The notes under the pieces were generated by a model. The model was not told the origin of the DNA. It saw nothing but the letters and a program-made list of their open reading frames with translations, and searched no databases. From Candidatus Poribacteria bacterium (GTDB lineage Bacteria > Poribacteria > WGA-4E > WGA-3G): a stretch of DNA of 64,000 nucleotides. The DNA lies in contig CBDANF010000003.1 of the NCBI GenBank assembly GCA_965197475.1, forward strand, positions 1,184,001 through 1,248,000, in the 5' to 3' direction. The number at the start of each line of letters is the position of its first letter. Positions within the stretch are counted from its first letter, which is position 1. Made by a program: the position numbers and the translations under genes. Shown piece after piece: positions 1 to 10,536 of this stretch.

Positions 1-3000
1 GCCATGTTCATTTGTGCCATCCCAATATGCCGCCCGGCTCCGACTCTGATATGAACCGGGCAACTGATGCCCTAACGCCAAAGTTCGCACCACATCACCC
101 GTTATAGCATAGATTGTCACCGTCACATCGCTGGACTTTTCCAACTGATAAGATATCCACGTCTCCGGATTGCACGGGTTCGGAAAATTGGGTAAGGCTC
201 TCGTCTTCTGATTCGTCAAATCACCGATACCTGCCAATTTTACCTGATAAGAATGAGTAGGCGTAGGAAGTGAGGCAGTAAGGTGTTCCGCCGCCAAAGC
301 CACAACCTCTGTATGCGTTAGAACTCTGCTATAGAGGCGAACATCATCAATATGTCCTCGCCATCCTTTACTGCTTGTAGTCCTACTCCCTATGCCGATG
401 GAAAAGTTTTTGACGTCGGTGATGGTCCCCGCAAGTGCGGGATCAGCATGTGATAGGGTATCAAGCACACCGTCAATATAGACGCTAATTTTTCCACCGG
501 AACGCCATGTAAATACAAGATGTTGCCAGTCTGTGCTTGTAGAGCGCGCTGAAGTCTCTACAGCATGCATCCCTGCTGTTGTCGTAATACCGGCTTTGAT
601 AACTCCTTTTTCACCTCCTTGATCACCATTAGAGTCGTAGCGAAAGCTGAATGATGCATCGTTACTACCATCAACTTTACCAACTACAAACCCCCTGTCT
701 GTTTCGGCCCATTTAGATTTCACCCAAAGGGACAGAGAAAAAGCACTCAGCCCGTTAATGAAGTCAACGTCCTCCGTTCCAAAGTAAACCCTTTTATCAT
801 TTTTATCATTATTAAATGCACTATTTCCTATCCTTGCACCCATAGTACGTGCCCAAGTATTGGGACTTGAACTACCAGCTTTTGTTAGGTCATTACCGTT
901 CCCGCTTGCATCCGCAGCAGTATCGCCTGTGCCTTCATCAAAGGCCCAATAACCGATTAAACCTTGTTGGAAATCTGCGGATTCAACAGAACTGGGATAG
1001 ACATAAGTAATGGTTTCTATTTGTGCAGTTTTTTCTTTATCGTCTTTTGAAGTAGCCGTGACTTGGACAAGATAACCACCAGGAATAGAAAGTGCAGTCC
1101 CGGGAATTGTCATTGTAACTTTTGAAGAAGCCCCGGGAGCAAGCGACACTGATGCCGAACTAAATCTCACGGCATTCTCTGATGTTGTCAATTGTATCGT
1201 ATCGTTTACTGTGCCAGTATTGGTGATAGTAAGGGTATATTCAGCTTCCTGCCCTACATGTAACCTCTCAGCCGCTAAACTATCCATCAAAGCAACACCA
1301 TGAATAACGCTAACAGTCGTTGTTGCGGTGAGCTGCGCGGTTTTAGTGGTATCGCCCTGCGAAGTAGCAGTGATGTCAACCATGTATTCACCTGCAGTCG
1401 TAAGCAACGTGCCTGGCACCGTTAACCTCACAGTAGAAGATGCGCCGGGGGCAAGCGATACCGATGTCGCGCTTAAGGCCGCATTCACATTACCTGATGT
1501 TGTTAATTGGATTGTATCCCTTGTGGTGCCGGTGTTCGTAACGGTAAAGATATATTGGATACCGTTCCCGGTATCAATCGCCTCAGGTGTCAAATTCGCT
1601 ACACCTGTTAAAGAGACACCGTGAGCAGATGCCTCTCTATTGTTAACGCGTGGCAGTCTTGCGATTTCTCTGGCACTCAGAACTTTATTGTAGAGGCGGA
1701 CATCATCAATCAACCCATCCCACCCACGACTTCTATCTTTACCGCCTCTCCCGATGACCAATTTGTGAACATTAGATAGCGTGCCCGAGATGGCGGGTCG
1801 AATAAATGAGGGTGTATCAAGTTTGCCATTGATATAGAGTTTCATCGGTTCGCCGCTGCGCCATGTAAACGCGAGGTGTTGCCATTCTGTCGTTTGCACA
1901 CCGCCTGAACTCTCAAGCGATTGTGCCCCACTTGTTGTCGTAATACCGGCTTTGATGACGTTACGTTGACCGCCGTTATAACCATCCTTATCATACCGGA
2001 AACCGAAAAAATGATCTTCGCCATTAGGGTTTCTGCCATTTATAAAGCCTCGGTCGGTGCCGGTGCCATTAGATTTCACCCAAAGGCATAGCGAGAAAGC
2101 ACTCAGCCCGTTGATCAACTCTGCACTGTCCACAACAGTGGCATTCTGCTTACTGCCATCATTCTTAAACGCACCCCCAATTTTACCTTCGTTAAATGCC
2201 AAGGCAACCCCTTTACTGAGCTGTGTGTAGCGGCTATTATCGCTCCCATCAAACGTATATTTCCCACCTGCCTCATCAAAGGTCCAATAGCCAATTAACC
2301 CGTTATCTACATCTGGCCTCTCCGGAGAAATATCCAGAACCATATCTGGCGTAACATCCTTAAATCGTAACCAGTCGGCATATCTTGCGTTCCCATTGCG
2401 ATCAACAGTATGAAATTTTACTTTTTTATCCTTTGCTCTTGACAGGTCAAGTTGGACAACCATCCTCTCGCCGGACAAAGTTTCACAACCATACATATGA
2501 TTGCTTGCGTGCAGAAATCGGACATGATAGAGACCATCCGGATCAATGAACTCAAAAAATGCATGAGGATTATTCGGTGGATATGCCACAGTTGCAAGCG
2601 TTTTAATCTTTACACCGTTTTCAATCTCACTGATTTTGCCACCGTTGAAGTAGGGATGCAAATCCAACCATTCCGCTGCACATTGAGATAAGCCGTCTCC
2701 TGGTCCACCCATCACACCGCCATCCGAACGGTAATCATGCTGTAGGACAAAATTATGCCCGAGTTCATGAGCAGTGACCTGCCAGCTAAAACAAGCCCCA
2801 GAGGCAGGGATGATTGTACGTCTCCCTGAAAATGCTAATCCGCACGCACCATCTACATTTCCACTGCCATGATCTATGTAAACCAGTAAGACGGTATTGC
2901 GTGTTTTAATCCTACCCTCAAATTCACTAAAACAACGGGATACACCATTCCGATATGCCGAAGCGTCCCTTCTTCCTATTACATGATGTACCACAACATC

Positions 3001-3264
3001 TCCGTTTTCGTCAGCCTCATAACGGAAGGTTTTTCTACCGAACCCAAATCTTTCCATATAGTCCGCGTAAAATCTCTGTGCGCGTTTTACCGTCCTGTCA
3101 ATACTCGCGTCAATGCCTTGACGGACACTACGGTCTTTTGGTAAAAAATAGACAGTCCTCACGATATATTCTTCCGGTGCCGCTTCCTGTGCAAAACCGG
3201 GAAGTAAAAATGTTAAAGTAAAAAGCGCAACTATGATAACTGTTGAACGAATGTATCCCAACAT
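1..3264 (-). CDS. Secreted HExxH zinc-metalloprotease-like protein with 2 LamG domains, Ig-like repeats and FlgD-like C-terminal domain (3' end runs off window; absent from ORF track)
   Basis: ATG at 3264 after AGGAG gives MLGYIRSTVIIVALFTLTFLLPGFAQE. Same frame spot-checked at 1884 (WQHLAFTWRSG, LamG) and 183 (NFPNPCNPETWISYQL...YWDGTNEHG). AHELGH motif near 2760. Paralog of 3317..5275. Confidence 0.85.
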   Translation of the reverse strand, partial: MLGYIRSTVIIVALFTLTFLLPGFAQEAAPEEYIVRTVYFLPKDRSVRQGIDASIDRTVKRAQRFYADYMERFGFGRKTFRYEADENGDVVVHHVIGRRDASAYRNGVSRCFSEFEGRIKTRNTVLLVYIDHGSGNVDGACGLAFSGRRTIIPASGACFSWQVTAHELGHNFVLQHDYRSDGGVMGGPGDGLSQCAAEWLDLHPYFNGGKISEIENGVKIKTLATVAYPPNNPHAFFEFIDPDGLYHVRFLHASNHMYGCETLSGERMVVQLDLSRAKDKKVKFHTVDRNGNARYADWLRFKDVTPDMVLDISPERPDVDNGLIGYWTFDEAGGKYTFDGSDNSRYTQLSKGVALAFNEGKIGGAFKNDGSKQNATVVDSAELINGLSAFSLCLWVKSNGTGTDRGFINGRNPNGEDHFFGFRYDKDGYNGGQRNVIKAGITTTSGAQSLESSGGVQTTEWQHLAFTWRSGEPMKLYINGKLDTPSFIRPAISGTLSNVHKLVIGRGGKDRSRGWDGLIDDVRLYNKVLSAREIARLPRVNNREASAHGVSLTGVANLTPEAIDTGNGIQYIFTVTNTGTTRDTIQLTTSGNVNAALSATSVSLAPGASSTVRLTVPGTLLTTAGEYMVDITATSQGDTTKTAQLTATTTVSVIHGVALMDSLAAERLHVGQEAEYTLTITNTGTVNDTIQLTTSENAVRFSSASVSLAPGASSKVTMTIPGTALSIPGGYLVQVTATSKDDKEKTAQIETITYVYPSSVESADFQQGLIGYWAFDEGTGDTAADASGNGNDLTKAGSSSPNTWARTMGARIGNSAFNNDKNDKRVYFGTEDVDFINGLSAFSLSLWVKSKWAETDRGFVVGKVDGSNDASFSFRYDSNGDQGGEKGVIKAGITTTAGMHAVETSARSTSTDWQHLVFTWRSGGKISVYIDGVLDTLSHADPALAGTITDVKNFSIGIGSRTTSSKGWRGHIDDVRLYSRVLTHTEVVALAAEHLTASLPTPTHSYQVKLAGIGDLTNQKTRALPNFPNPCNPETWISYQLEKSSDVTVTIYAITGDVVRTLALGHQLPGSYQSRSRAAYWDGTNEHG

Positions 3265-3316
3265 ATTAGTCTCCTTTTTTTCTGAAAAATAAAGTAGCAT
3301 TTATCTACTTTCAATG

Positions 3317-5275
3317 TTACTTTTGTAGAAACTCCCGAATAGAAGTTTTGGTTGTAATTTGTGCGGTTTTTGTGCTATCCCCTCCCGAAGTAGCGGTGAC
3401 TTTGGCGACATGATCGTCAGCAGTAGCGCGCACAAACCGCGGCACTGTCAATGTCACTTTTGAAGAAACACCCGGCGCAAGTGATACAGATGTCTGACTG
3501 AGTGCCGCATCAGCATTACCTGAAACTTCAAATTTTATCGTATCTTTTGTATTCCCCGTGTTAGTGACGGTAAGGATATATTCAATATCCGCATCTGCCT
3601 TGATCGTTTCAGGTGTCACATTACATATGCCTGTTAGAGCCACGCCATGAGAGGCGTTGTTCCCCCTTTCAATGAAAGCCATATCTCTAATTTCTTTGTC
3701 ATTCAGAACCCTGTTGTAGAGGTGAACATCATCAATCAGACCCGCCCATGAACGATTTCTGTCCTTACCGCCTCTACCGATTAACAATCTACCAACACCG
3801 GTTACTTCACCCTTGGTCGGTTCACTATTAAATGTAGATTTATCAAGCACGCCGTTAATATAGAGTGCAAGCTTCCTACCACTCTGCCATGTCAATGCAA
3901 TGTGTTGCCATTCGGTAGTTTGCACATCGCTCGCGCTCTCATACGTTTGAACACCCGTTGTTGTGGTAACACCGACTTTAATAACATTTGTCCCACCACC
4001 TACAGATCCTTCCGTATCGTAACGCATGGAGAATATCTCATCTTTCCCATTCGGCGTTTTTGGAAAAATAAAACCGCTATCGGTATTAACTTTAGATGAT
4101 TTTACCCAGAGGCTTAGAGTAAATGCACTAAGTCCGTTGATCAAGTCTGCCCCGTTAACGACAGTGGCATTCTTCTTTTTACCATCAAGTTGCAAAGCCC
4201 CCCCAATTTTTCCGCCATTAAATACCATAGAGGTTCCGCCACTCAGCTGTGCATAGCTGCCGTTGCCACTCACATCAAAAGCGTATTTCCCAGCTGCCTC
4301 ATCAAATGTCCAATAACCGATTAATCCATCATCTACACCTGATGCTCCCGGTGAAATATCCAGCACCATATATGGCTCAATATGACCATATTTAAACCAG
4401 CCTGCATATCTTGCATTTCCATTGCGATCGACAGTTCGAATATTGACTCTGTCTTTACCCGCTATTGTTGCGGTGTCAATTTTGACGATTGCCTGCTCGC
4501 CAGATAGCGTCTTACAACTATGCATCATTGTGTATAAGTGTAGAAACATGAGATGATAGAGTCCATCCGGATCCGTCAACTTAAAATATAGATGCAGATT
4601 CTCTGGTGGATATGCGATGGATGGCAGCCTCTCAATCTTTACCCTGTTCTCAACCTCACTAATTTTACCGCCGTTGAAGTAGGGATTGAGATCCAACCAT
4701 TGTGCTGCACATTTAGATAGCATATCTGGCGGGTTGTAGGACATGATATATCTACCGCCTCGGAAATCATGTGGCAATACAAAGGTGTGTCCGAGTTCAT
4801 GTCCAACCGTGCCCCAGAAAGGCGCACCAGGGACAAGTATACGTCTATTTGAGTAAGCCACCCCAGCACCATACCCTACATGATCTATAAAAACCAGTAA
4901 GATGGTTTTGCGTGTTTGAATTCTCCTCGCAAATTCGCCAAAACATCTTGATATACTCTTTTTATAATGCGCTGCGTCTTTTTTGCCCATTACATGATGA
5001 ATCACTGCATTTCCATTTACATCAGTCGCAAACCGAAAGGTTTTTCTACCGTACCCGTAATTTTCCATTTGGTCGGCGTAAAACTTCTGCACACGTTTAA
5101 TTGTTTTATCAAGCCTTGCATCTGTGTTTTCTCGTGGCTGTTTGTCTTTTGGATAAAAGTAGACAAGTTTAACTGTATACTCGTCTGATGCCTTTTCTTG
5201 TGCAAAACTTGGCGATAAAAATATTAAGGTTAAAAGCACAATTATGAAAAATTTTGAACGAATGTATCCCAACAT
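3317..5275 (-). CDS. Secreted HExxH metalloprotease-like + LamG + Ig-like protein
   Basis: Signal peptide; GHELGHTF plus Met-turn-like YIMSY; GLIGYWTFDE...WQHIALTW...GLIDDVHLYNRVL (LamG); C-terminal TVTNTGN Ig-like domain. Confidence 0.85.
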   Translation of the reverse strand: MLGYIRSKFFIIVLLTLIFLSPSFAQEKASDEYTVKLVYFYPKDKQPRENTDARLDKTIKRVQKFYADQMENYGYGRKTFRFATDVNGNAVIHHVMGKKDAAHYKKSISRCFGEFARRIQTRKTILLVFIDHVGYGAGVAYSNRRILVPGAPFWGTVGHELGHTFVLPHDFRGGRYIMSYNPPDMLSKCAAQWLDLNPYFNGGKISEVENRVKIERLPSIAYPPENLHLYFKLTDPDGLYHLMFLHLYTMMHSCKTLSGEQAIVKIDTATIAGKDRVNIRTVDRNGNARYAGWFKYGHIEPYMVLDISPGASGVDDGLIGYWTFDEAAGKYAFDVSGNGSYAQLSGGTSMVFNGGKIGGALQLDGKKKNATVVNGADLINGLSAFTLSLWVKSSKVNTDSGFIFPKTPNGKDEIFSMRYDTEGSVGGGTNVIKVGVTTTTGVQTYESASDVQTTEWQHIALTWQSGRKLALYINGVLDKSTFNSEPTKGEVTGVGRLLIGRGGKDRNRSWAGLIDDVHLYNRVLNDKEIRDMAFIERGNNASHGVALTGICNVTPETIKADADIEYILTVTNTGNTKDTIKFEVSGNADAALSQTSVSLAPGVSSKVTLTVPRFVRATADDHVAKVTATSGGDSTKTAQITTKTSIREFLQK

Positions 5276-5387
5276 AGTAACCTCCTTGGCTCATGTAAAG
5301 AATGAGTGCTAATGAAAAAGTTTAACCCGCTTGGTCATTGCCTTCATTAAAAACAACCGCACACATTCTTTACATGAGCGGTATTGT

Positions 5388-6674
5388 TTAGTAATACACT
5401 TCATCTTGCCTTGACCAATTGAAATGCTCGCTTTCAAAACTAAATAGAAAAATACTTATTGTGTTGGACTGCCAAGGACTTAGATTCAGTATCTTGTTCT
5501 CGCCGCGGTCTATCTTTCTAAGAAAATGAAGAAAGTAATCCGCATCAGGTGTGACAAGTCTAGTTGACGAAAAAATAGACAACAGTGCCACTTCCATTTT
5601 TAATCGCTTCCGCTGTGTGTCGTCTAAGAGCAGCAGCGTATCTATGAGTGCCAACGTTATGTCATGTAAAGCTAGTTGACTTGAAACCTTCCTTTGCACT
5701 TGGTCTACTTCATATCGAGAAAAAGCACCTTCAGAAAGCACATTTTTGATAGTCTGCTGGAAGAGAGGGTAGTTTACAATGTTGGAAACTATACGCATGC
5801 TGTTAAGCATTTCCGCTATCTCTCCGTTTTGAGATTCAATGAATTGTTCAAGCACACCTTTAGAAGCTAAGGCTAACCGCTTCGATGCATTCGCGTCAAG
5901 TGGAGCTAACTGTTCAATATGTGCTGCTAACACATATTCAGCGAGCTGGTTTATCCATTCTTGAAGTTCTAGTTTTCCCGTCAATTTTCTCTCTCGTGTG
6001 TAGTGTGTAACCAAACTATGCCAAACTTTGGATTGTGATCGGGTCAATATCCCATCCACCTTATCTTTATCGTGTAGTAAACTTACTACTGATTGCTGTA
6101 AAGGTTGTAGCAATATGTTCATTACGCTTAGGTGTGGTTCCCGACCATTTCTGTCAAGAAGCAGTTGCTTGATATTTTGATGTTGCTCAGACGTCAGACT
6201 GAGTGCCTGGGTCAAGTGATACAACATGAACTGAACGCTCGCTTGCGAATATCGCTGTCGCCGCGCCTTGGTGAAATCCACATAATTTTGAAACTGTGTC
6301 TCCGTCAAATGTTCGGCAAATGCCACCTTAATATCTGGATTCGACGACAACAATTCAAGCAATACTATACAAATATTCTTTTCTGGTTTCTCTGTTACGT
6401 AGGCACGCAATTTCCTGTCCTGCTTTAGTATTGTCTCAATTGATTCTCGAATTGATTGACGAAGTGCATTGACACTTGTCTCGTCCAGTTCATAACGATC
6501 ACCGATAGTTTTGCCAACGTGCTGTAGGAAAACCTCAGTTATATCGTCTTGGGTTGGTTCGCTTTTAATAATTTCAGCCGCTGCAAAAACAGGGATTGAT
6601 ATTACCATTAGTAAGAGAACACTTATTCTTATTAGATAGGCGGAGTAACGGTAAAGAAAAGGATTAAACATCAA
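5388..6674 (-). CDS. Hypothetical secreted helical protein
   Basis: 428-aa ORF with signal-peptide-like N-terminus, RBS AAGGAG, repeated L-x-L-T/D-x-x-Q helical motifs. Confidence 0.65.
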   Translation of the reverse strand: MMFNPFLYRYSAYLIRISVLLLMVISIPVFAAAEIIKSEPTQDDITEVFLQHVGKTIGDRYELDETSVNALRQSIRESIETILKQDRKLRAYVTEKPEKNICIVLLELLSSNPDIKVAFAEHLTETQFQNYVDFTKARRQRYSQASVQFMLYHLTQALSLTSEQHQNIKQLLLDRNGREPHLSVMNILLQPLQQSVVSLLHDKDKVDGILTRSQSKVWHSLVTHYTRERKLTGKLELQEWINQLAEYVLAAHIEQLAPLDANASKRLALASKGVLEQFIESQNGEIAEMLNSMRIVSNIVNYPLFQQTIKNVLSEGAFSRYEVDQVQRKVSSQLALHDITLALIDTLLLLDDTQRKRLKMEVALLSIFSSTRLVTPDADYFLHFLRKIDRGENKILNLSPWQSNTISIFLFSFESEHFNWSRQDEVYY

Positions 6675-7241
6675 TTTTCTCCTTAATATTTACTTGAGTA
6701 TACGAGTTGTGCTAATTATCCGAAAGTATATTTACTATAGTTTGGACAATTTTTAATTTTTTTAGAGACAAAAAGCAGAAAAGAGGTTATCCTTTCAGTA
6801 TAGTATTTCATTTTTGAAAGGACATCAAAATGGATCCTCTTCTCCGATTAGAACATATGTTATCAGAATGTAGTTTGCGTTCTCAAGACGAACCTGACCA
6901 CGAAACAACAAGCACACGTCTTATTGTTCAGTTCTGATTTAGCGTTAGACGCTGAAAAAATGATGGATTATCCAGATTCGTTTTTGTGTTTTACCTTTTA
7001 TTGTATCCTTTGTATCGCCTATGTTATCTGCCATTGCATAACTACTTACTCCTTTGTTGTGAAACGGAAACACGGTCAGAAATTGTTAAAATCCATTTCA
7101 AATCTAATATTAAATATAATATATTATACTATATTTATGATCTAACATGGAATTATACATTATGTACGACTAAGTTTGTCAAGTTAAATTTCAAGTTTAA
7201 TTTTTATAATGTTATTTTGTAAGCAATATTAAATATAAATT

Positions 7242-8042
7242 TTACAGGTTCATCTGCTGGAATTGCTGTGGTGCCTGGATCTCTATCAAGGATTGGAATC
7301 TCGAAAAAGGTAATCTCTCAAGCCAACCGATGACGGCTTCACAGAGTTCAGTGAAACTCTTGAAAAAATAACTCCTGTTGATTTGATCTTGCATTAGATG
7401 CCACAATCGCTCAATGAGATTCAGATGCGGACTATAAGTCGGCGTTGGCACTAAACGCAACCGCTCTTTGTGGTGGATAAGAAAATCATCCAATTTCGCC
7501 GTGGTATGACTTGAGGCATTGTCTCGAACGATAAACAGCAACTCATCAGGATACATTTCCATTAGATTTTGCCAATGTGTTTTGATCTGATGATGCGTTT
7601 TGTTAGCATAGATCTCGGACAAGCCAGCACCCGAAGGATATTCTAAGGAGCCGATGAGGTATTTCCGCTGGTTTTTGCCGGGCGTGTTGACCTTATATTC
7701 ACTGCCTTGCTGGCGATAGACGCGTCCGGTCTTGGGACACCAAGACACATTCGCTTCGTCAAAGAAAAATAGGCGAGCCTCCTTTTTGCTATTCTCGGGT
7801 GGCGGGAGACCTAAACGCCGAAGTTGGGTATCTGGGACAATCAACCGCGTCGCCTCGCTCGTCAACTGCCCGTTTTTGCAAAGAGGACAACTCTGTCAGT
7901 TGTGTCCGTTTTGCTTGATATTCCGGGTCTGGACTCCCAACACGAAGTTTACTACGACCCGTTCGGTAGCCCATCCGCCGTAAAGCGAAATAGATCGCTG
8001 GTGGTGTTACCGAAATCTCGTGATATGCCTTGAGATAAACTC
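7242..8042 (-). mobile_element. IS630-family transposase, 5'-truncated and frameshifted
   Basis: FFFDEA...RDNASSH...PTYSPHLNLIERLW (DDE_3); upstream frame has a winged-HTH tail (YFALRRMGYR...SPDPEYQAKR). Confidence 0.85.
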
Positions 8043-8339
8043 TACATGATGCACCACAGCATTTCCATTTGCATCGGTTGCAAATCTAAATGTTTTTCTG
8101 CCGTACCCGTGGTTTTCCATTTGGTCGGCGTAAAACTTCTGCACACGTTTTATTACATTATCAGTCTTCTCATTTATGTTTTCTCGTGGCTGAGTGTCTT
8201 TTGGATAAAAGTAGATGAGTTTTACCGTATACGCATCTGATGTCTTTTCCTGTGAAAAACTGGGAAGTATAAATGTTAAGGTTAAAAGCGTAACTATGGT
8301 AACTGATGAACGAATGTATCCCACAATACTATCCTCCAA
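8043..8339 (-). pseudogene. N-terminal fragment of a third metalloprotease-LamG paralog, fused to the IS630 remnant
   Basis: About 95 aa near-identical to the start of 3317..5275 up to AVVHHV, then abrupt switch to transposase sequence. Confidence 0.85.
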
Positions 8340-8403
8340 ATATCATTATTTCGTTGTTCGTAGTGGTGGTTTAGCGTTTCCCCACTGGTTAATGTGGCAT
8401 CGG

Positions 8404-9219
8404 TTAGTGCTTAAGTGCTCCCCATGACAAAGCTAATTTTGATGTTGTGAAAACAACCGCCGACGGTTTTTTTAAGTTTGGACTCAGTTCGTTCGGATGT
8501 CGTGCGATGCTGCTAATTCTGACTTCATCAATTGATCCTGTCCACAAGTCCCTTTCAAATATACCGTCTCTTTCTTTATCGTCACCACCGATGATAATAA
8601 AGTTCGTTTTGTGTTGAAACTGTACATCACTGTCCTGCTCAGCAGACCCCATAAGTTTCCCGTTGACATAGAGTCTCATCTTGCTTCCATCATAGGTCCC
8701 TGCGATGTGATACCACTTATTATCTTCTATGTCCTCGTTGGAACTTACGTGTACGGTGCCTTTTCCCATGGTGCTAACGCGGAATACGGGACGATTATTG
8801 TTTAAGTAGAGGATATAAGAATCAGCTCCCGACAAATTAAAATCTGCACAGATATTGCAGTTAGGCGGTATCCGCAGCTCGTCGGGGTATACCCACGCTT
8901 CAATAGTAAAAGCGGTTTTCAGTAGGTTTTCACCTGTTTTTTGAACCCAGATCCCTCCATCTCCGTCAAAATCAAAGTATCCGCCGTGTGCATCTTCTTT
9001 ATACCATTCTTGGTTTGCGTGCCATGTTACGTCACCTTCCACCATTACCTCCACATAGTTGCCAGTGAGATCTTTAATTTCGTTTTCGTTGAAATGCCAC
9101 AACGCGATTGTAGCATCGTCAACAACGTATTCATAACCACTTGCCCCGAAGGCAGGGACAAGTCCAAAAAAATGACTAACACATAAAAATATAGTAAACT
9201 GACATCTTATCGTAAACAT
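8404..9219 (-). CDS. Secreted LamG-domain protein with C-terminal W-motif
   Basis: TIALWHFNE, FTIEAWVYP, WYHIAGTYDG, GSIDEVRIS; ends SKLALSWGALKH. Confidence 0.85.
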   Translation of the reverse strand: MFTIRCQFTIFLCVSHFFGLVPAFGASGYEYVVDDATIALWHFNENEIKDLTGNYVEVMVEGDVTWHANQEWYKEDAHGGYFDFDGDGGIWVQKTGENLLKTAFTIEAWVYPDELRIPPNCNICADFNLSGADSYILYLNNNRPVFRVSTMGKGTVHVSSNEDIEDNKWYHIAGTYDGSKMRLYVNGKLMGSAEQDSDVQFQHKTNFIIIGGDDKERDGIFERDLWTGSIDEVRISSIARHPNELSPNLKKPSAVVFTTSKLALSWGALKH

Positions 9220-9239
9220 TGTTTACCTCCATTAAGTAA

Positions 9240-9386
9240 TATGGTGAATTATAAAAATAAGTGGACATTTTCTTCTGATTTGCTGCGTTTGTAGTTGTGC
9301 AATTCATTGCGCAACTACATTCACAGGTAGTCGCACTTTGTAAGCGTGCCGGAAATAGTGTATCGTTAATTGTAAAATCTACCATA
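9240..9386. mobile_element. MITE-like element with imperfect TATRGT-type ends enclosing GTAG REP palindromes
   Basis: Ends resemble those of 15670..15828; internal gtagttgtgcaattcattgcgc and gtagtcgcactttgtaagcgtgc. Confidence 0.5.
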
Positions 9387-9387
9387 A

Positions 9388-10227
9388 CTAAAATCTGGGT
9401 TTTTCAGATTCTGTTTGATCAGTTTCGGATTCATTGTAGGTTTCAGTCTCATCCAATTCTTTGACGGTGGGTACTTCACTTTCCTCATTTGCTGCGGTTA
9501 ATTGCTTAATACGGGCACACAGTTCTTCAAACAATTTAGGTGCAGTTTCTGCTGCTTTGAGTTCTGCGGAGAGTTGCGTCCACTGCTGTTCGGCGATATC
9601 GTTTCGAGATTCTACGCTGCATTTACGTTTCATATAATTCCAGAGATCTGCCTTACTGACATTTTCCTTTCCGAGCGATTCAGACAACTGATTCGCAATT
9701 GCGAAAGCAGCTTTTTGTGCATTGGTAATATTTCCGCCGGACTGTGGGGTTTGAGGTTGTTGCTGAGCGTTGCCGCCTCCGGCTTTACGATGCAGATAGA
9801 AGTTCAGCACCTCACGAATTACGGGGACAGGTATCAACTGTTTGATTGCGTTCCGTTGTGCTTTATGAACTGCTTTAGTAAATGCGAACGGATCGGGACG
9901 ACTCCCGTTCATCTTCGGCTGCTCATACGCACCCCAACGAGATGAACCTGTGATTGTATCTACTGCCTTGACAGTAGCAATCCAGGAATGCTCAAGTTCT
10001 TCATACTTGAGCTCCTCTACCTGAATGCCGCCGCGGCGGTTTGCCGCTTCGTTAATACCTGCTAACGTCAACCCTTCAACAACGCGTCCGCCTTGTTTGA
10101 AAGAGTAGACGTAATCTTGGATCGTTTGTCCGGTCATCAGTTCAACGATTGCTTGATCGTCAACTTGGTCGACGACTTCATATTCAGCAGTTACAGGAAC
10201 GATTTCATCCTTTTTTTCTTCAGACAT
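9388..10227 (-). CDS. Hypothetical protein, possible Rad52/ERF-like single-strand annealing protein
   Basis: 279-aa ORF with RBS GGAG; beta-rich core ending AFTKAVHKAQRNAIKQLIP, Q-rich linker, acidic tail. Confidence 0.5.
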   Translation of the reverse strand: MSEEKKDEIVPVTAEYEVVDQVDDQAIVELMTGQTIQDYVYSFKQGGRVVEGLTLAGINEAANRRGGIQVEELKYEELEHSWIATVKAVDTITGSSRWGAYEQPKMNGSRPDPFAFTKAVHKAQRNAIKQLIPVPVIREVLNFYLHRKAGGGNAQQQPQTPQSGGNITNAQKAAFAIANQLSESLGKENVSKADLWNYMKRKCSVESRNDIAEQQWTQLSAELKAAETAPKLFEELCARIKQLTAANEESEVPTVKELDETETYNESETDQTESEKPRF

Positions 10228-10423
10228 AAGTATTCTCCATAAATTTTAATGTTGTTATTTTAGCATAACATGTTTTTCATTATACATCAATAAAAATATA
10301 CATTCGTTAATAGTAATTCAGTTTTATGTGTATTTTGAGGTTTTCGTGTATTCTATGATACCTGTTCATGACACTGTTTGTCAAGGGGTTATTTCGGGAT
10401 AAATTAGTTTGCGAGATGGGGAA

Positions 10424-10478
10424 CAAACTAACAGTTTGTGCTACAAAAACTCTTGACATAGCACAAACTGTTAGTTTG
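10424..10478. repeat. Inverted REP-like doublet
   Basis: caaactaacagtttgtgcta ... tagcacaaactgttagtttg; related copy at about 15738-15757. Confidence 0.7.
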
Positions 10479-10536
10479 CAGGTATGGAATTGTTTTGAAT
10501 GTGCATACGGATTTCGGGTGCCTTCCTGACAGAAGT

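Noticed and set aside
1328-3221. Short ORF-track ORFs in 1..3264
   Set aside because: Shadows of the long minus-strand gene that lacks a stop inside the window; most short antisense ORFs elsewhere are likewise shadows.
6924-7222. Small ORFs in the AT-rich spacer, including a possible leader peptide after AAGGAG at ~7050 (minus strand)
   Set aside because: No recognisable motif or supporting structure; cannot be supported.
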